Assembly (NCBI GenBank): GCA_951406725.2
Contig: OX597824.1
Coordinates: forward strand, 86,056,001 to 86,120,000
Length of the DNA: 64,000 nt
Source: Octopus vulgaris
Lineage: Eukaryota
Reading direction: 5' to 3'
A program made the translations under genes and the position numbers. Of the stretch, positions 39,514 through 52,066 are shown one piece after another; position 1 is the stretch's first letter, and every line of letters begins with the position of its first letter. The notes under the pieces were generated by a model that searched no databases, was not told the origin of the DNA, and saw nothing but the letters and a program-made list of their open reading frames with translations.

Positions 39514-39812
39514 CAGTAGCAGACTGGGTCTAAAAATATTGGTTGCCAGGAGACTACAAGGGGGCCCACCCACAACTACAATGCTATCATTTATTATTAT
39601 TATTATTATTATTTTTGTTAAAAGTATTCTTTTCAACTGTCTACAAACACAGCTGAAATAATTAATGCATTCTTCCAGGAGTGAAAAAAATATTCTCAAA
39701 CTTAAGGGGACGGGCCCCTTAGCTACTAACATGGGCCCCCACATATAGATTCTAATGCCGCAGGAGCCCACTTGCCACCAGACAGGCTGGCAGCCTGGCC
39801 AGTCTACCACTG
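39514..39812. mobile_element. hAT-like MITE nested in a SINE A microsatellite
   Basis: TIR cagtagcagactgg / ccagtctaccactg; imperfect 8-bp TSD catacatg / catacaca. Confidence 0.65.
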
Positions 39813-40985
39813 CATACACACACACACATACCTACCTACATGCATACCTATATATACACGGTTTCCATCTACCGAATTCACTGATGAGACATTAGTTGGC
39901 TTGGAGGCTATAGAAGAAGGCACTTGGCAAAGATGCCATAGAATGGGATTGAACTTGAAACCATGTGGTTGAGAAGCTTGCTTTGCAATCACACAGCCTT
40001 GCCTGTGCCCCTCTCAAGATGTGATATGAGATAAACTCTGACAAGACAGGATATGACTTGTGTTGGAGACAGTTATTCCATAGAAAGTGAAAGAGTCTGA
40101 AATGATTGGCTTCCATAAGGAGAAAAGACTCTTGATTCCTCATTAATATGTGTGAATGTGTATTCATATATATTTTATGTATGTATGTGAACGTGTGCGT
40201 AAATTTATATATACAAGTAGGTGTGTGTATGTTTATTGATAAGTTTCTAGGTTATCAATTGTTTGTGCCTAGTTTACGTCTTTTCCTGAAATTGACAATA
40301 ATTATTATTTGAAGTGGATCCTGTTTCTCTGTTTTGCATTTGGATTCCGTTCTACTTTTCCTGGATGCACAATACAACAGGTCAGTATTTGTCAAACTGG
40401 AGTGGCTGTGGAAACTGAAATGATAGCTAGATTGCCATCTATAATAATAGAAGCAACATTCTGTCTGTCCGTCTGGGACCCCTGTATCTCAGCCTATATT
40501 TGCTCTACATAGACATCTTACACCTTTTCGGAATCAGGATGATCCCAGGATTGAAAATCTGATCTTCATTTGGTTCTTGAACATCCAGCATTGGGATCTG
40601 ATTTAAAAGCATTTGGGTTGCTATTTCTAGCAGGTAAAGCTTGGCTGATTCACACCATCTTGGTGGCGTTTGTCAGATGATGTCAGAAATCAAAGGGAAG
40701 ATAAATGTCATTCGCTTCATTAATTTTATGTCAAGATAAGAAATTTGGGACAAATTGGCCAACAGTTGGAATTCAACTTGGGACTGGAACAATAGAATGA
40801 TTGCATTACAGAATAAATTCTCATCTGTCCTTAACCTCCGATCAAACACCACCAGGGCATATAGTCATTAAAGACCTTATAAAGCTATTTAGCTCTCTTT
40901 AGTTTTGGGCTGCAAATCTAATCAGCCCTCTGCGGGAGCTAGCTTAAAAGTCTGCAAAGAGTACGGCTTTTAAGCTAGTGTTTAA

Positions 40986-41383
40986 TCTCTCTATATATAA
41001 AGCTGAAGTTGTCTGTGTGTGTATGGCAGGTTTGGTAGCCTTCAACTAACACTATCTCCTCCGAGACCCTGCGGTGCAAGTTGACCAAAATAGAGAGTAT
41101 GATAGAAGAAGGCTTGCTCTTCCTTCCATAGAAGAAAAAAATTCAAATCAGACCATGTTAACACCAAAAATTATTTACATCAAAATGGTGCTTTTTTTTC
41201 TATGAAAATCCCTATTTTTTACGATTTTTTTACTGCTGTGTTGTCATTTTCCAGTGTATTTCAACCAGAAAAATGTTCACTTAAAGAGAATAACAAGCTA
41301 CAGAATGCCAAATTTTTACTTTTCAAAAATTCCAATTCTAAAGGGTTGAAACAAACCCCAGCAACGCCGGGCGATACTGCTAG
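40986..41383 (+). mobile_element. Non-autonomous Helitron H1, complete
   Basis: A|TC start, subterminal hairpin ccccagcaacgccggg, CTAG|T end, no TSD. Confidence 0.85.
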
Positions 41384-41802
41384 TAATAATTTAAGTGTAT
41401 TTAGTCTTTCAGTTTGGAATACCGTGGTGAAGGAAGACAGATTATATGGAATGAAATTCTGTTTTGTGTATTTAATAATGGATGGAAGAATCCCCAAAAT
41501 TTTGCTGATATTTACTGGAGAGAGAGGGGGGGGGAAGGTGGCATGTTTTGTTTTGAGAAATTGGGTTATCTCCCCACTAAAAAATCGAGTTAATGTGATG
41601 ACAACAGAATGGATTAAAAGTGAGATCCTTTTCATTCAATACGTCAACATACTGTTGACATTTGACCTCCTCAACAGGCATATTATGATTTGTTATAAAA
41701 ATATCAGATTCAGCAGGATGTTTAATTTTTCCTGTTTTCATGTTTATTAACCTTTTCAGTTTTGTAAGATTTCTTATAGAAATATTATCAAATTCAAAAT
41801 GA

Positions 41803-42434
41803 GGATCTTTACCTTTTGACCTACAGATTTAAAAAAATATTTTTTTGTAACTAAACACTTTCAAACTTCGGACACTGGTAGAATGTGTCATATAAAATAT
41901 CTTTTACTCTTAACATTTTTGACAAACGCTTATATTACAAAGTTATTTCACGTTAAAGTAGTCCTATTTCAGTAATTTCAACCAATCAATGACGTGTATT
42001 CAGCTAAATAAAATTACTGCTGTTGTTTGTCAACAAGAACTTCCAGCAGTGTATTTTTCGTTTGTCACTGTTATTTATGGCAACCCTAACCCTAAAACCT
42101 TAACACTAAGACCCTAACCCTAAAACCCTAACCCTAACACCCTAATCTTAAAACCAGTACAAATGCATGAACGATGTCATAAATAACAGTGACAAACAAA
42201 AAATACACTGCTGGAAGTTCTTGTTGACAAACAGCAGTAATTTTATTCAGCTGAATACATGTCATTGATTGGTTGAAATTACCGAAATACGAGAACTTTA
42301 ACATATAAGCTTTTCTCAAAAGTGCTAAGAGTAAAAGATGTTTTATATGACACATTCTACCAATGTCCGAAGTTTGAAAGTGTTTTGTTACAAAAAATTA
42401 TTTTTTAAATCTGTAGGTCAAAAGGTAAAGGTCC
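41803..42434. mobile_element. Long fold-back MITE with a (CCCTAA)n core
   Basis: ~270-bp inverted arms starting ggatcttttaccttttgacctacagatttaaaaaa; TSD caaaatga / ccaaatga; centre 42082-42150 is degenerate aaccct repeats. Confidence 0.87.
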
Positions 42435-45275
42435 CCAAATGATGTTTCATTTTTTCACTTTTTATGTTTAGTAATATTTTTTTGTGTTATTGAGGGCTAA
42501 ACAATTTTTTTAGTTGAATGCAATAACCAAAAGTAACAATGTTTCTTGTAAAACGAGGGAAGATAACCCAATTTTTGAACCAGTGAGATATCCAAAATGT
42601 ACCAAAAAAAAACAGTGTAAAAAGACCTCTTCCAAAATTATGTTTTGAGCTCACATTCCACCAAGGTTGACTTAGCCTTTCTTCCTTTCAGAGTTGATGA
42701 AATAAAGTACCAGTTGAGCACTGGGGTTGATCAAATCAACTGCCCCATACCCCACTAAGTTTCAAGATTTGTACCTGTTGTAGAAAAGATTGTTATTTTT
42801 AAGGTGGTGAGCTGGTTTGTTGAAAACCTGTCTTGGGGAGTTGAATATATCATAGATCTTCTCAATCATGACTGATTTAGGACTGAACCATTGGTTTGTG
42901 AGCACGAAGGGCCAAACTTGACTGCACTTTTTCATGGGGTTTGGTCTTGGTACATTGAGAAAGTATATTAGCCTGAAAGCCACGTGCAGCACTCTAAAGC
43001 ATTTTGAGAAACTTAAGTAACTTAAGAGCCAGCACTTGAATGACCCCAATTAAAGGTCAATCTATTATTAGTCCTCTGTGTGTGTGTGTGTGTGAGAAAG
43101 AGAAAAGGAGGGCAAGATAGAAAAAGAACTATATTTTGAAAGAATTCACTCCTCCCTAACTTTCTCCTTTCTCATGCCAGCTTGCTTAGTGATGTTTTGT
43201 TTTTTCTCTCTGATTATTGTTTTTCAAACAGTTCTTTGTCTTCCCCCACCCCCACCCACACACCCTTTTTTTATGCTCACTTCATTTATTTTTGTCATTT
43301 CTTTTCTATTGTCTTACCATGCCCTCTTTCTTTCTCTCTCTCCATTTCTCCTCTACTTGTCTTTTCCCTTTGCCATCTTTACTCACATCTCTTTTCCATC
43401 TCCGTATTTTTACCCCTTCGCATTTAAGTCCCCATCACTCTCCCTCCCTCCTTCCCCTCCCCCCACTCACACACATACGCGCATGCACACACACGGTGCC
43501 ATACTTTTCCTGTTACAAGTGCCATAGTTATGTCCCCAACTTCTTCATGCTTCCGTCCACTCTGCACCAATTCCTTTCACATCTTGAACATTCTAACAGC
43601 TTCCCCAGTTAAAATTTCCTGCACCTCTTTCTCCCCACCACACACACATAACTTCTTAGCTTGATTATTTTTTATTCCATTATTATTATTATTATTATTA
43701 TCATCATCATTATTGTTATTATTATCATTGTTATTATTATTATTATCATTGTTATTATTATTATCATTATTATTATTATCATTTATAACCTAATTTTAGG
43801 TTATTATAACTAGGTTTGTATGACTCATTCTGAGACATATTCTGCTTTAAGATTCAGTGTTCTGACTGTCAACAGAATACATGTGTGTATTTATATATAT
43901 GTGTGTGTGTATTTTTGTGTGTGTGTTTATATATGTGTGTATGTTTATGTTTGGTCTTTGTTAGAATAAGAATGACAGAGCTGTTATCAAACACCAGTAT
44001 TAACCAAACAGACAGGCTGATTCCTTGTGAATGAAATCTAGTAGCTGGTAGACACACACAGATGCATATAAAAGTAATTAGGGTGTATTATGTACAGCAA
44101 CCTCTGACAATGGGAAAAACTTTGTGTATTTGTGTTTATTGTGGGAATTTAAAAATTCAATTCCTACAATATATTAATGTTAGTTTTTTTATGTCAAGTT
44201 ATAATAACAAGTTTTCATTATTCTGAAGGATGACCCAATACTTTTTTTTTTTTTTTTTTTGTAAAGTTATGATAAAGAACAGTTTAAGATTTTTGATTAA
44301 AAATATCTATTTTTATCATAAACAAAAAATGTTACTCTGAATGACAAACATCGAAATAGTTTGAAGTTTGTTCTTGGACTAGTTTGATCGTAGTTGCTGT
44401 TGTGGGTTCCTTGATATTAGCTAATCATTGTATGTTGCTGTCGCCATCTGTCCAGTGTTTTGAGGTTGTGACAGTGCTCTGACCAACTGCTGGTTCTGCT
44501 GCTGTCTTCTTCTTCTTCCAATCAGGACTCACGCCATTAGCTACAAAGAATAATTTCTAATTCGAGCCTACTCTAAGCTATTAAGAATGTGTGTGGCAAC
44601 TTGAAGATCCACCCACCACACGCAATAGCCTGGCGGTTGCACAGGCACAAAAGCTATGTTGCTATCCTCATTCCATAAATGGTGGCTTTTAATGGGTGGA
44701 GAGCTGAACCATCCTGGGGTACAGAGGATTCGCAATCTAGACTAGGGTCTGAAAGTTTACCACATCATAGTGGGTTACCCCATGGTTCCTCTGCTTTGTG
44801 GCAGAAGTAGGAAGAAAGAGTGAGAGAAAGTTCTGGTGAAAGAGTACAGCGGAGTTCACCCCCGCCAGAGCCATGTGGAGTTTAGGTGTCTTTGCTCAAT
44901 AAACACTCACAATGCCCAGTCTGGGAATCGAAACCGTGTTCTTACGACCGCGAGTCCGCTGCCCTAACCACTGGGCCATTACGCCTCCACTCTGCTGCTA
45001 GTCTATGTCTGACCTGATGTCTACCATTTGTCATCTACTGTCCATTATCTCTCGATAGTAGCTAACATGCACTGAATATATACGGGTGGCCTTGCTCAGA
45101 AGAAGCACTGCAAAGATGAAATGGTTGTTAGACCCAGTTCCACACCAAATCTTGAATGGTCAGATTTTTTATGACCTTGGAAATAATTCATTATTTACAT
45201 TTGAGGGATATTTGTCCTCATCTTGTTTGTTGTTAACACAACATTTCTGCTGATATACCCTTCAGCCTTCATCAG

Positions 45276-45329
45276 GTGTCTTGGGAAAATTTTGAACCTG
45301 GGTTCTCATTCCTAAGGTATTTTTCGATA

Positions 45330-45367
<38 letters not shown>

Positions 45368-45453
45368 TCACTGCCTGGAATCAAACTCAGAATCTTGGAG
45401 TTAAAAGCACGGGCTACTAACCCCAAGATTCCGAGTTGGATTCCAGGCAATGA

Positions 45454-45485
<32 letters not shown>

Positions 45486-45539
45486 TCGAAAAATACCTTA
45501 GGAATGAGAACCCAGGTTTGAAATTTCCCCAAGACATCT
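45276..45539. repeat. Palindromic element with (ATT)n/(AAT)n arms
   Basis: gtcttggg..aacctgggttctcattcctaaggtatttttcgat(att)n caggtca..cttgg is mirrored by ccaag..tgacctg(aat)n atcgaaaaataccttaggaatgagaacccaggtt..ccaagac. Confidence 0.85.
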
Positions 45540-45737
45540 TATAAATATAAGATGCTGATGATACGTGCACATATGTATTTTTCTAATTGACAATGTATAA
45601 TCAGCAACCAATTTTCTGATCAGGTACATTGATGTTGTCTCAAGAATATATAACTATTATTATTATTATTATTATTATTATTATGATAATTATTTGAGCT
45701 TGGCTGACAAAAGCCAGTTACGCATCACGGGTGAATT

Positions 45738-45955
45738 ACTCTTTTACTCTTTTACTTGTTTCAGTCACTTGACTGCGGCCATGCTGGAGCACCGCCTTTA
45801 GTCAAGCAAATCGACCCCGGGACTTATTCTTTGTAAGCCCAGTACTTATTCTATCGGTCTCTTTTGCCGAACCGCTAAGTGACGGGGACGTAAACACACC
45901 AGCATCGGTTGTCAAGCAATGCTAGAGGAACAAACACAGACACACAAACGTATAT

Positions 45956-46022
<67 letters not shown>

Positions 46023-46188
46023 TACGACAGGCTTCTTTCAGTTTCCGTCTACCAAATCCACTCACAAGGCTTTGGTCGGCCCGGGGCTATAGCAGAAGAC
46101 ACTTGCCCAAGATGCCACGCAGTGGGACTGAACCCGGAACCATGTGGTTGGTTAGCAAGCTACTTACCACACAGCCACTCCTGCGCCT
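45738..46188 (-). mobile_element. SINE family A, young full-length copy
   Basis: CpG-intact copy with head aggcgcaggagtggctgtgtggtaagtagcttgct..ggttcagtccc and tail (gtaaaaga)n. Further copies near 20245, 22150, 25560-26030, 33210-33545, 39310-40010, 49622-50010, 51847-52328, 52710-53010, 54213-54567, 56538-57112, 58785-59080, 59737-60517, 62570. Confidence 0.88.
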
Positions 46189-46753
46189 TTGTGTATTTGG
46201 CTGGAAAACAAAATGCTTTCTCCAACAATATGCAGACACCTTAAATTTGCATAAACGCATTCCGGCTGAACCAACCTGGAATGTTTATGAAAAAATAACA
46301 ACATAAACAAATAAATTAATATGATCAACATATATAATTTAATACATTTTCTCCACCCCACCAACAAATCTATTAAGTATTAGTGTTGTGTACCCTCTAA
46401 AATGTATCACCATTACACTCCTGTATTCACCAGGCTTAGCAAAACCGGTAAGACCAACTGTATCAAATGTTCATATATTCAGGACATGTATATTTAATCT
46501 AGTGGGCATGAGAAACTGATTTTTAACCATACAAGTGCATTTCTACTTCTAGCACACCCTCAGCTCTAGCTAAATATACACTACAATTCAGAAATGCATA
46601 CAAATATACATATATATATATTGTATGTGTGATCATTGTTTAATCATAATCATAAACGTCAGCTAGTCATTATTGTCAGCTAGACCTGTTTGTGATGTGT
46701 GCAGAGCAACAAGATCATCTTACACACAATTCATGCAGTGTCCAAGCACATAC

Positions 46754-46798
<45 letters not shown>

Positions 46799-47009
46799 GG
46801 CGGTGAGCTGGCAGAATAGCACACTGGACAAAATGCTTAGCAGTATTTCATCTGTAGGTCGCAACGTTGTGAGTTCAAATTCCACTGAGGTCAACTTTGC
46901 CTTTCATCCTTTCGAGATCGATAAATTAAGTACCAGTAAAACACAGGGGTCGATGTAATTGATTATCCCCTTCCCCCAAATTTCAGGCCTTGTGCCTATA
47001 GTAGAAAGG

Positions 47010-47047
<38 letters not shown>

Positions 47048-47684
47048 GGCAGCAACGTTACGAGTTCAAATTCCACTGAGGTCAACTTTGCCTTTCGTCC
47101 TTTCGAGATCAATAAATTAAGTACCAGTAAAACACTGGGGTCGATGTAATTGATTATCCCCCTCCCCCAAATTTCAGGCCTTGTGCCTATAGTAGAAAGG
47201 ATTATTATTATTAAGGCGGCAAGTTGGCAGAATTGTTAGCACACAGGACAAAATGCTTCGCAGTATTTTTCCCATCACTACATTCCGAGTTCAAATTCCA
47301 CCGAGGTCGACTTTACTTTTCATCCCTTTTGGGATCAATAAATTAAGTACCAGTTGAGTACTGGAGTCGATGTAATCAACTATACCCCCTCCCTCAAATT
47401 TCAGGCCCTTTGCCTAAAATAGAAAGGATTATTATTATCATTACTACTACTACTACTAAGTCGGTGAGCTAGCAGAATCATCAGCGTGCTAGGCAAAATG
47501 CTTAGCGGCATTTCATCTATCTTTATGTTCTGAATTCAAATTCTGCCAAGGTCAACTTTGCCTTTCATCCTTTTGGGATCAATAAAATAAGTACCAGTTA
47601 TGCACTGGGGTCGATGTAATCAACTAGCCCCCTTCTCCAAAAATTTTCAAAGCCTTGTTCCTAGAGTAGAAATCATTATCATTA

Positions 47685-47718
<34 letters not shown>

Positions 47719-48155
47719 GGGCAGTGAGCTGGCAGAATCGTTAGCATGCTGGTTGAAATGCTTAGCTGTATTTTGCCCATTGCTATGTTTTGAGTTCAAA
47801 TTCCGCTGACTTTGCCATTGTTGATGTAATCAACTAACCCCCTTCTCCATTGACTTAATCTCTTCCCCCAAATTTGAGGCCTTGTGCTTCCGGTAGAAAG
47901 AATTATTATTATTATTATTATTATTATAAGCCAGTGAGCTGGCAGATTCGTTAGCATGCTGGGCAGAATACTAAGCAGCACTTCATCGCTATGTTCTGAG
48001 TTCAATTCTGCCGAGGTCGACTTTTCCTTTTATCCTTTCAGGGGTCAATAAAATAAGTACCAGTTGAGCACTGGGGTTGATTTAATCAACTTACTTCACC
48101 CCTGTAATTTCTGGCCTTGTGCTAAAATTTGAAACCAATATTATTATTATTATTA
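46754..48155 (+). mobile_element. Head-to-tail array of six SINE C-related copies separated by (ATT)n
   Basis: Heads aaggcggtgagctggcagaa (or variants) at ~46797, 47046, 47213, 47458, 47718, 47928, each preceded and followed by (att)n. Confidence 0.88.
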
Positions 48156-48571
48156 TGATGATGATGATTTAATGTCCCTTTTTCCAAGCTGGCATGGGTT
48201 GAATGGTTTGACAGGAATCGGTAAACCAGAGGGCTGCACTAAGCTCCAAGGTCTTCTTTGGCATAGCATTAGGAAGGGCCATCTTACTGGACAAACTAAC
48301 TACTTTACAGAAAGATCTGGATGCTTTTTGTGTGGCACCAGCTCTGCTGAGGTTGCCAAATACTCACCAGACAAAACTCCCACGACTGTGTGAGGTGTAG
48401 TGTTGAGGGATAGAAGTATGATAGAAGGACAGGAGTGGGCCTTTTGCTGAACAGGTGGGCACATGGCTTCTCCATGTAGAAAGGAAAAAATAGGAAGGAA
48501 GGAAGAGAGAAGGAAAGTATGGAGAGGGAAGGTAGACATGAGAGATATCCATCGAGTTATATCAAACAGCT

Positions 48572-48991
48572 TAGGGTGGCGAGCTGGCAGAAACGTTAGC
48601 GTGCCGGGCAAAATGCTTAGCGATATTTCGTCTGTCATTACGTGCTGAGTTCAAATCCCGCCGAGGTCGACTTTGCCTTTCATCCTTTCGGGGGTCATTT
48701 AAATAAGTACCAGTTACGCACTGGGGTCAATATAATCGACTTAATCTGTTTGTCTGTCCTTGTTTGTCCTCTCTGTGTTTAGCCCCTAGTGGGTAGTAAA
48801 GAAATAGGTATTTCGTCTGTCATTACGTTCTGAGTTCAAATCCTGCCATGGTCGACTTTGCCTTTCATCCTTTCAGGGTTGATAAATAAAGTACCAGTTA
48901 CGTACTGGGATCGATGTAATTGACTTAATCCGTTTGTCTGTCCTTGTTTGTCCCCCTCTATGTTTAGCCCTTTGTGGGCAGTAAAGAAATA
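48572..48991 (+). mobile_element. Dimeric SINE C (body duplicated)
   Basis: One head, two bodies joined at agaaataggtatttcgtctg; 14-bp TSD tatatcaaacagct. Confidence 0.85.
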
Positions 48992-50703
48992 TATATCAAA
49001 CAGCTATTATCATACATAGAATGGATTCAGCTATCAGCCAGGTTCTTAATGAGTTTCACCCTGCACTTTTTTTCCATTGGTCAAGAAGGGCAGGCAGTTT
49101 TCCTTTGTCTGGTTGTTATGATGTAAAAAGTTATTTGTGACTAGGATTGAAAGGAATGAAGATGGACTACTCTTTGGCCAATCCTAAATCCATTTCATTT
49201 TTTTTTTTTTGTTTGTTTTCAAGTGCCATTTGAAGGTGAAAAAGAAGTGTTTGTATTCTAGTAAATTTACTGAAAGGTGGTGGGAGTGTCAAGTGTGACC
49301 TTTGTAAATAGATCTGCTCTCAGCAAGTACCTGAGAGTGAGATCTTACTTTTGCTAGCAAGGGAATTCACTATCTGTAGAGTTCTTTGAATAACCCCAGA
49401 CTGTTGCCTCACTATTGTAATACATTTTTGCTTTGTTTTGTTTTTCATTGTTTTTCTTCCATTTTTTCATACCCTTTTTTTTATTTTTTTATTTCATTCT
49501 GTAAAATCCTCACACTTTATTTCATCAACTCTGAAAGGTAGAAAGGCAAAGTCAACCTTGGTGGAATGTGAACTCAAAACATAATTTTGGAAGAAATGGT
49601 GCTAAATGTTTTGTTTGGCCTACTCTTTTACTTGTTTCAGTCATTTGACTGTGGCCATGCTGGAGCACCACCTTCAGTCAAGTAAATCGACCCCAGGACT
49701 TATTCTTTGTAAGCCTAGTACTTATGCTATCGGGTCTCTTTTGCTGAACCGCTAAGTTACGGGGATATAAACACACCATCATCGGTTATCAAGCAATATT
49801 GTGGGGAGAAACACAGACAAAAACATATACACACATATACATGTATACAACGGGCTTCTTTCAGTTTCCGTCTACCAAATCCGCTCACAAGGCTTTGGTC
49901 GGCCCGAGGCTATAGTAGAAAACACTTGCACAAGGTGCCACACAGTGGGACTGAACCCGGAACCATGCGGTTTGTAAGCAAGCTACTTACCACACAGCCA
50001 CTCCTATACCTATGATAAAATAAAGTACTGCTCAAGTACTGGAATCAGTGGTATAAACTAGTCCCTTTCCCTCCAAAATTGTTGGACATGTATCTAAATT
50101 AGAAACAGTTTTTTTAAGGTGGCAAGCTGGCAGAATCATTAGACGAACAGGAAAGCTATCCTACCAGATTTATTCCAATTTCTTACATTCTGAATTCAAA
50201 TCTGGCCTAGGTCAGCTTCACCTTTCATCCTTCTGGGTTGATTAAGTACACGTCAAGTATTGTCTTAAGTGTTGTATTTTCTCTCGTTAAATCTTTGTTT
50301 TGAGTGCGTGTCACTTCAGTTTATTTAAACTAGATCTAGAAATTCTAGACCCTTCTCCTCAAACTATAGTGGAACTATAGTGGATAAGAAGTGGTTCCAG
50401 ACTTCTCAGAACCCTAAAATTCCTTTACCAAGGCCCCCCCTACCAGATGCAGTTTAAAGTCTTACCTAGGACATAATTCTTCGACATGCTAACAAATCTG
50501 CCAGCTCATCACCTTATTAATAGTAATAACATCATCATCATCATCATCATCATTTAGCGTCCGTTTTCCATGCTAGCATGGGTTGGACGGTTCAACTGGG
50601 GTCTGGGGAGCCCGAAGGCTGCACCAGGCCAGTCAGATCTGGCAGTGTTTCTACAGCTGGATGCCCTTCCTAACGCCAACCACTCCGAGAGTGTAGTGGG
50701 TGA

Positions 50704-51186
50704 TTTTATGTGCCACCGACACAGGTGCCAGACGAGGCTGGCAACGGCCACGCCGGATGGTGTTTTATGTGCCACCGACAAGGTGCCGGATGGCAGACGG
50801 CCACGCTGTTGTTTTTATGTGCCACCGACACAGGTGCCAGACGAGGCTGGCAGACGGCCACGCTCGGATGGTGTTTTTATGTGCCACCGACACAGGTGCC
50901 AGACGAGGCTGGCGGACGGCCACGCTCGGATGGTGTTTTTATGTGCCACCGACACAGGTGCCAGATGAGGCTGGCAGACGGCCACGCTCGGATGGTGTTT
51001 TTATGTGCCACCGACACAGGTGCCAGACGAGGCTGGCAGACGGCCACGCTCGGATGGTGTTTTTATGTGCCACCGACACAGGTGCCAGACGAGGCTGGCG
51101 GACGGCCACGCTCGGATGGTGTTTTTATGTGCCACCGACACAGGTGCCAGATGAGGCTGGCGGACGGCCACGATCGGATGGTGTTT
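50704..51186. repeat. 62-bp tandem repeat (~8 units) inside retroposon 50531-51190
   Basis: Unit gtgccaccgacacaggtgccagacgaggctggcagacggccacgctcggatggtgtttttat, near-identical copies. Confidence 0.93.
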
Positions 51187-51318
51187 GTTACGTCCCCAAA
51201 GCACGGATAATAATAATAATAATACATACATGCATACCTGTAAAAAGATTATTTTTCATGACATTGTCACTGTTCTTGGTCATTGAAAGTTAATTAAATT
51301 TTTCTGCTGTCTTTACAG

Positions 51319-51427
51319 GAATTGCGTCTACAAGGAATCAAAGACAAGGAGGAGGATACATATCCGGCTGAAGAAGGCAAACAGATCTTTAACATCAAAA
51401 AGAACAGATATAAAGATATCATACCAT
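51319..51427 (+). CDS. PTPN12: PEST-type non-receptor protein tyrosine phosphatase (PTPN12/18/22-like), internal coding exon A (109 nt)
   Basis: Acceptor ctttacag|GAA, donor CCAT|gtaagt. Translates ELRLQGIKDKEEDTYPAEEGKQIFNIKKNRYKDIIP with the KNRY phosphotyrosine-recognition motif. Ends in phase 1, matching the next exon. Subfamily call is from recalled similarity to PTPN12 exon 2; the symbol is provisional. Confidence 0.9.
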
Positions 51428-52008
51428 GTAAGTGGCACTATTGTTCTTCCCCCACCCCTTTTGTTGTTCCTCTTTATGCAATCTCTAAACAAGAATGTGA
51501 TCAATCAGTCAATTACAGTTTTTCATATTTTCTCTCTCTCTCTCTCTCTCTCTCTTCTCTTTTTCTCTCAGTAAGAAGGCTGAGTAAAAATAACTCAGCA
51601 TAACACCATCATCTTTTAATGTTTTCCATGCTAGCATGGCTTGGGCAGTTTCACAGGATCTGTTAAGCGACAGGGCTGTTTTGAGCCCCAGTGTCAGCTT
51701 CAGCGCATTTTCTAAAGTTCAATGCCCTTCCTCGCACAAATCACTTTAGCGGGTGCTTCTTTCGTGCTACCAGCACTCAATACAAATGCTGCAGGGTCTG
51801 ACATATGTAGCATGATTGAGAAAACTTTGTAACTGAGATTATCGATAGGCATAGGAGTGGCTGAGTGGTAAGTAACTTGCTTACCAACCACATGGTTCCA
51901 GGTTCAGTCCCACTGTGTGGCACCTTAGGCGAGCGTCTTCTACTATAGTCTCGGGCCTGCCAAAGCCTTGTGAGTGGATTTGGTAGACGGAAACTGAAAG
52001 AAGCCCGT

Positions 52009-52066
<58 letters not shown>

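Noticed and set aside
41202-41750. 182-aa ORF
   Set aside because: The first third is Helitron H1 sequence and the rest is AT-rich flank without motifs.
42082-42150. Chromosome end or telomere fusion site
   Set aside because: The CCCTAA tract is short, degenerate and internal to a TIR element with a TSD.
50570-51293. CRISPR-like array or repeat protein (132-197 aa ORFs)
   Set aside because: Units are contiguous 62-bp tandem copies with no unique spacers, there are no cas genes and the context is eukaryotic; the ORFs arise because the unit is stop-poor.
51428-51603. ORF continuation of exon A (CKWHYCSS...)
   Set aside because: Intron read-through past a consensus gtaagt donor; PTP homology resumes at 57441.
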